This document shows positions 61,819-64,000 of a stretch of 64,000 bases of DNA, one piece after another. The translations under genes were made by a program, and so were the position numbers. The stretch covers positions 548,925-612,924 of the forward strand of contig BCIN01000004.1 of NCBI GenBank assembly GCA_039545335.1. The letters run 5' to 3'. The notes beneath the pieces are model-generated. The model worked only from the letters and a program-made list of their open reading frames with translations. It searched no databases and was not told where the DNA came from. Origin of the DNA: Kondoa subrosea (Eukaryota). Every line of letters begins with the position of its first letter. Position 1 is the first letter of the stretch.

Positions 61819-63618
61819 ATGACTGTGTGTTCTCTGACCATACATTTCTTTAGATGCTGAGATTCCTTAAGTACCCTACACGAAAGATTGGACAAGATAC
61901 TGTCGCGGCTATTGGCTTGTTAGTGCGCTTTACAAGGCCAAACAACCAATTTTAACTTGTCTACTAGTGGCTCCATGGGTTTATCGGTATTCTACTTGTC
62001 TGTCAAGCTATTAAGCCAGTATTTATTGCTCTGCAGTGCTACTACGGGACGGCTTTGTCTGAAGAAGAGGGCTGCAAAGTCATTAGTAAGTTCTTTTCGC
62101 TTGTATCTGGGAGGGAAACAATGATGTGCCGGCAGATAAGGCGATCGAACTGGCATCAGGGGCAAAGCTCATGATCGATACCGCGGACTGGTAGTACGTC
62201 TCTCGCGAGCTAGCGGAACCCTTTCTTTACTTGTGTCTATCCACAGTGGACAGACGATGAATCAGGGAGAAGAACTCTTGGCTAAAGCTCTGAAAGATTC
62301 AAAGATCAGAGAGAAGATCTACATTGCAACCAAGTTTGGATGTTATGTAAGCAGGGCTTCTTGGGCTACTCCGTACTGGATGGCTGATGCCTACTTTCTT
62401 GTTGTTCCAGAAAGAACGAGGCCCCAACGGAGGTTATGCTATCCGTGGATCAAAGGATTACGTCCAATCAGCCGTCGAGAAATCGCTCGCCGCTTCAGAA
62501 CTCGACTACGTCGATTTGTACTATCAACATCGTGTTGACCGTACCGTTCAAATTGAAGAAACTTTTGACGAGTTAAAGAAACTTCAAACAGAAGGTAGAA
62601 TCAGAAACATTGGTATGTCGGAGGTAAGGGTTTCATTCTCCATTGATGATCTTCACTCATTGCCTGGTGGGTAGGCCACATCAGAGGAGATCAGACGCGC
62701 TCATACCGTCACGCCGATGACTGCTTACCAGGTCGAGTTTTCACCTTGTAGGCACTATATCCAGGCAAGTTGTTTTCGCTTACCCTTGGTGGACAGGGAC
62801 TCCGAACATTCGTGAGAACGGTATCTTATCTACTTGCCGTGAACTTGGGATCACCATCGTTCCTTACTCTCTTCGGCCGTGGTTTCTTGACCGGTCAGTA
62901 CAAATCAGTTGCCGACTTTGAAGACGGCGATTTCCGTAAATGTGAGCTACATTGATTCCCACTTGTCATCGTAACCTCATCTGTCGAATCAGCCAACCCT
63001 CGCTTTACCGATGAAAATTTGAAGAAGGTCTTCCACTATATTATTGGAACATAGAGACCGAGAGCTGATGATGCCTGCTGAACAGAATCTGGCTACCGTT
63101 GAAGAGATGCAGTCTTTGGCCACTACGAAAGACTGCACTACTCCACAGCTTGCACTTGCGTGGATCTTGGCCCAAGGAGACGATGTAAGTCTTTGCATTT
63201 CTGGTCAGCTGATCCACGCTAATCCTTCTCTATCAGTTTATTCCAGTTCGTTACATTTCCTACCATTCTGGACCGAGTTGATGTTGTAACAGATTCCTGG
63301 TACCAAGAAGGAGAAATACTTGGTCGAGAACATGGAAGCTGTTGATGTGCAGCTCTCGAAAGATGACCTGAATGCCATCGATTCGTTGATTGCGAAGATT
63401 CCGGCTGTGAGTTATCAGCTTCGCTTTCCTGTTCATACTAACCCAAAAATATAGTCCGGTGGCCGTTACCCTGAGTGAGTTGCTCTTTTCTAGATTTGCG
63501 ATGTGGTCTAAGTGCTCCTTGCAGCTGGTTCTCTGCCGCAAATGCTTTTTTAGCAAAGGTTGTACGTGAAGGCAGCCTCAACACTGGGTCACGCAATCCT
63601 CTTCAAGTTTGGACATAG
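61819..63618 (+). CDS. Aldo-keto reductase (YakC/AKR13-like) carrying an apparent frameshift near 62871
   Basis: AIGFGSMGLS, IDTADWYG, IATKFG, DYVDLYYQHRVD, IGMSE, YQVEFSP, QLALAWILAQG and IPGT. The frame breaks between VPYS and FGRGFLTG. 3' end tentative. Confidence 0.85.
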
Positions 63619-64000
63619 ACTTGTCTTGCATTTCATCGTGCTTTTTGAAGCTCAACCTTTCGTGCTCTTTCGCTCTGTGAATTGTCCCTGCCTACTTGCT
63701 TCCTCCCGTCTCTTGTTTCTTATCCACTATAACGCACTTTCTTTGCTTTCGCTGGTCTTATCTGGACTCCTTTGAATCTGTCTCTCTAAGTTGTAACAGT
63801 GATGTTTCATTGTAATTCGTTGTTACTACTGCTTCTCTTCTTCTTCTACATTATGCTGCACAATCTGATCCGATGTCTGCTCCTTCACTTCCTCTCCCTT
63901 ATGACCCAAATCTATACTTGCAAACTTCTGTCCAACCAAATCTTTCCGCCTTTTGGTGAAATCATCATCTTGTTCCAAAGCTCTAGACATCCATCCACCT

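Noticed and set aside
62175..62250. Apparent loss of the catalytic Tyr in the aldo-keto reductase (DTADCG)
   Set aside because: The better donor TA|gtacgt restores DTADWYG.

Overview
Gene-dense, intron-rich eukaryotic DNA from a basidiomycete fungus, probably a Pucciniomycotina-type yeast (inferred from short ~50-60 nt introns, micro-exons and gene content). About 28 protein-coding genes can be reconstructed by hand-splicing. Conserved genes: FAU1 (3' part), ELG1, PEX2, LHS1, a Cid1-family nucleotidyltransferase, PAN3, a histidine phosphatase, an ELMO-domain gene, an amino-acid permease, HEM4, CTP1, a DH-PH-FYVE GEF, KEX2, MCM7, Rds1 and an aldo-keto reductase. Highlights: (1) an aromatic-catabolism pair, a carboxymuconolactone-decarboxylase/enol-lactonase fusion next to a phenol-hydroxylase-family monooxygenase ending in peroxisomal SKL; (2) a tandem pair of bacterial-looking GNAT acetyltransferases differing by one intron, one copy missed by the ORF track; (3) a Cid1-type enzyme with Tyr where Cid1 has its UTP-selecting His, beside a PAN3 that appears to lack its zinc finger; (4) three multi-exon genes I cannot assign to a family, two with atypical Cys/His motifs; (5) a frameshift in the aldo-keto reductase. 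I recognised no rRNA, tRNA, CRISPR array or transposon. All exon boundaries are manual predictions and no searches were run.
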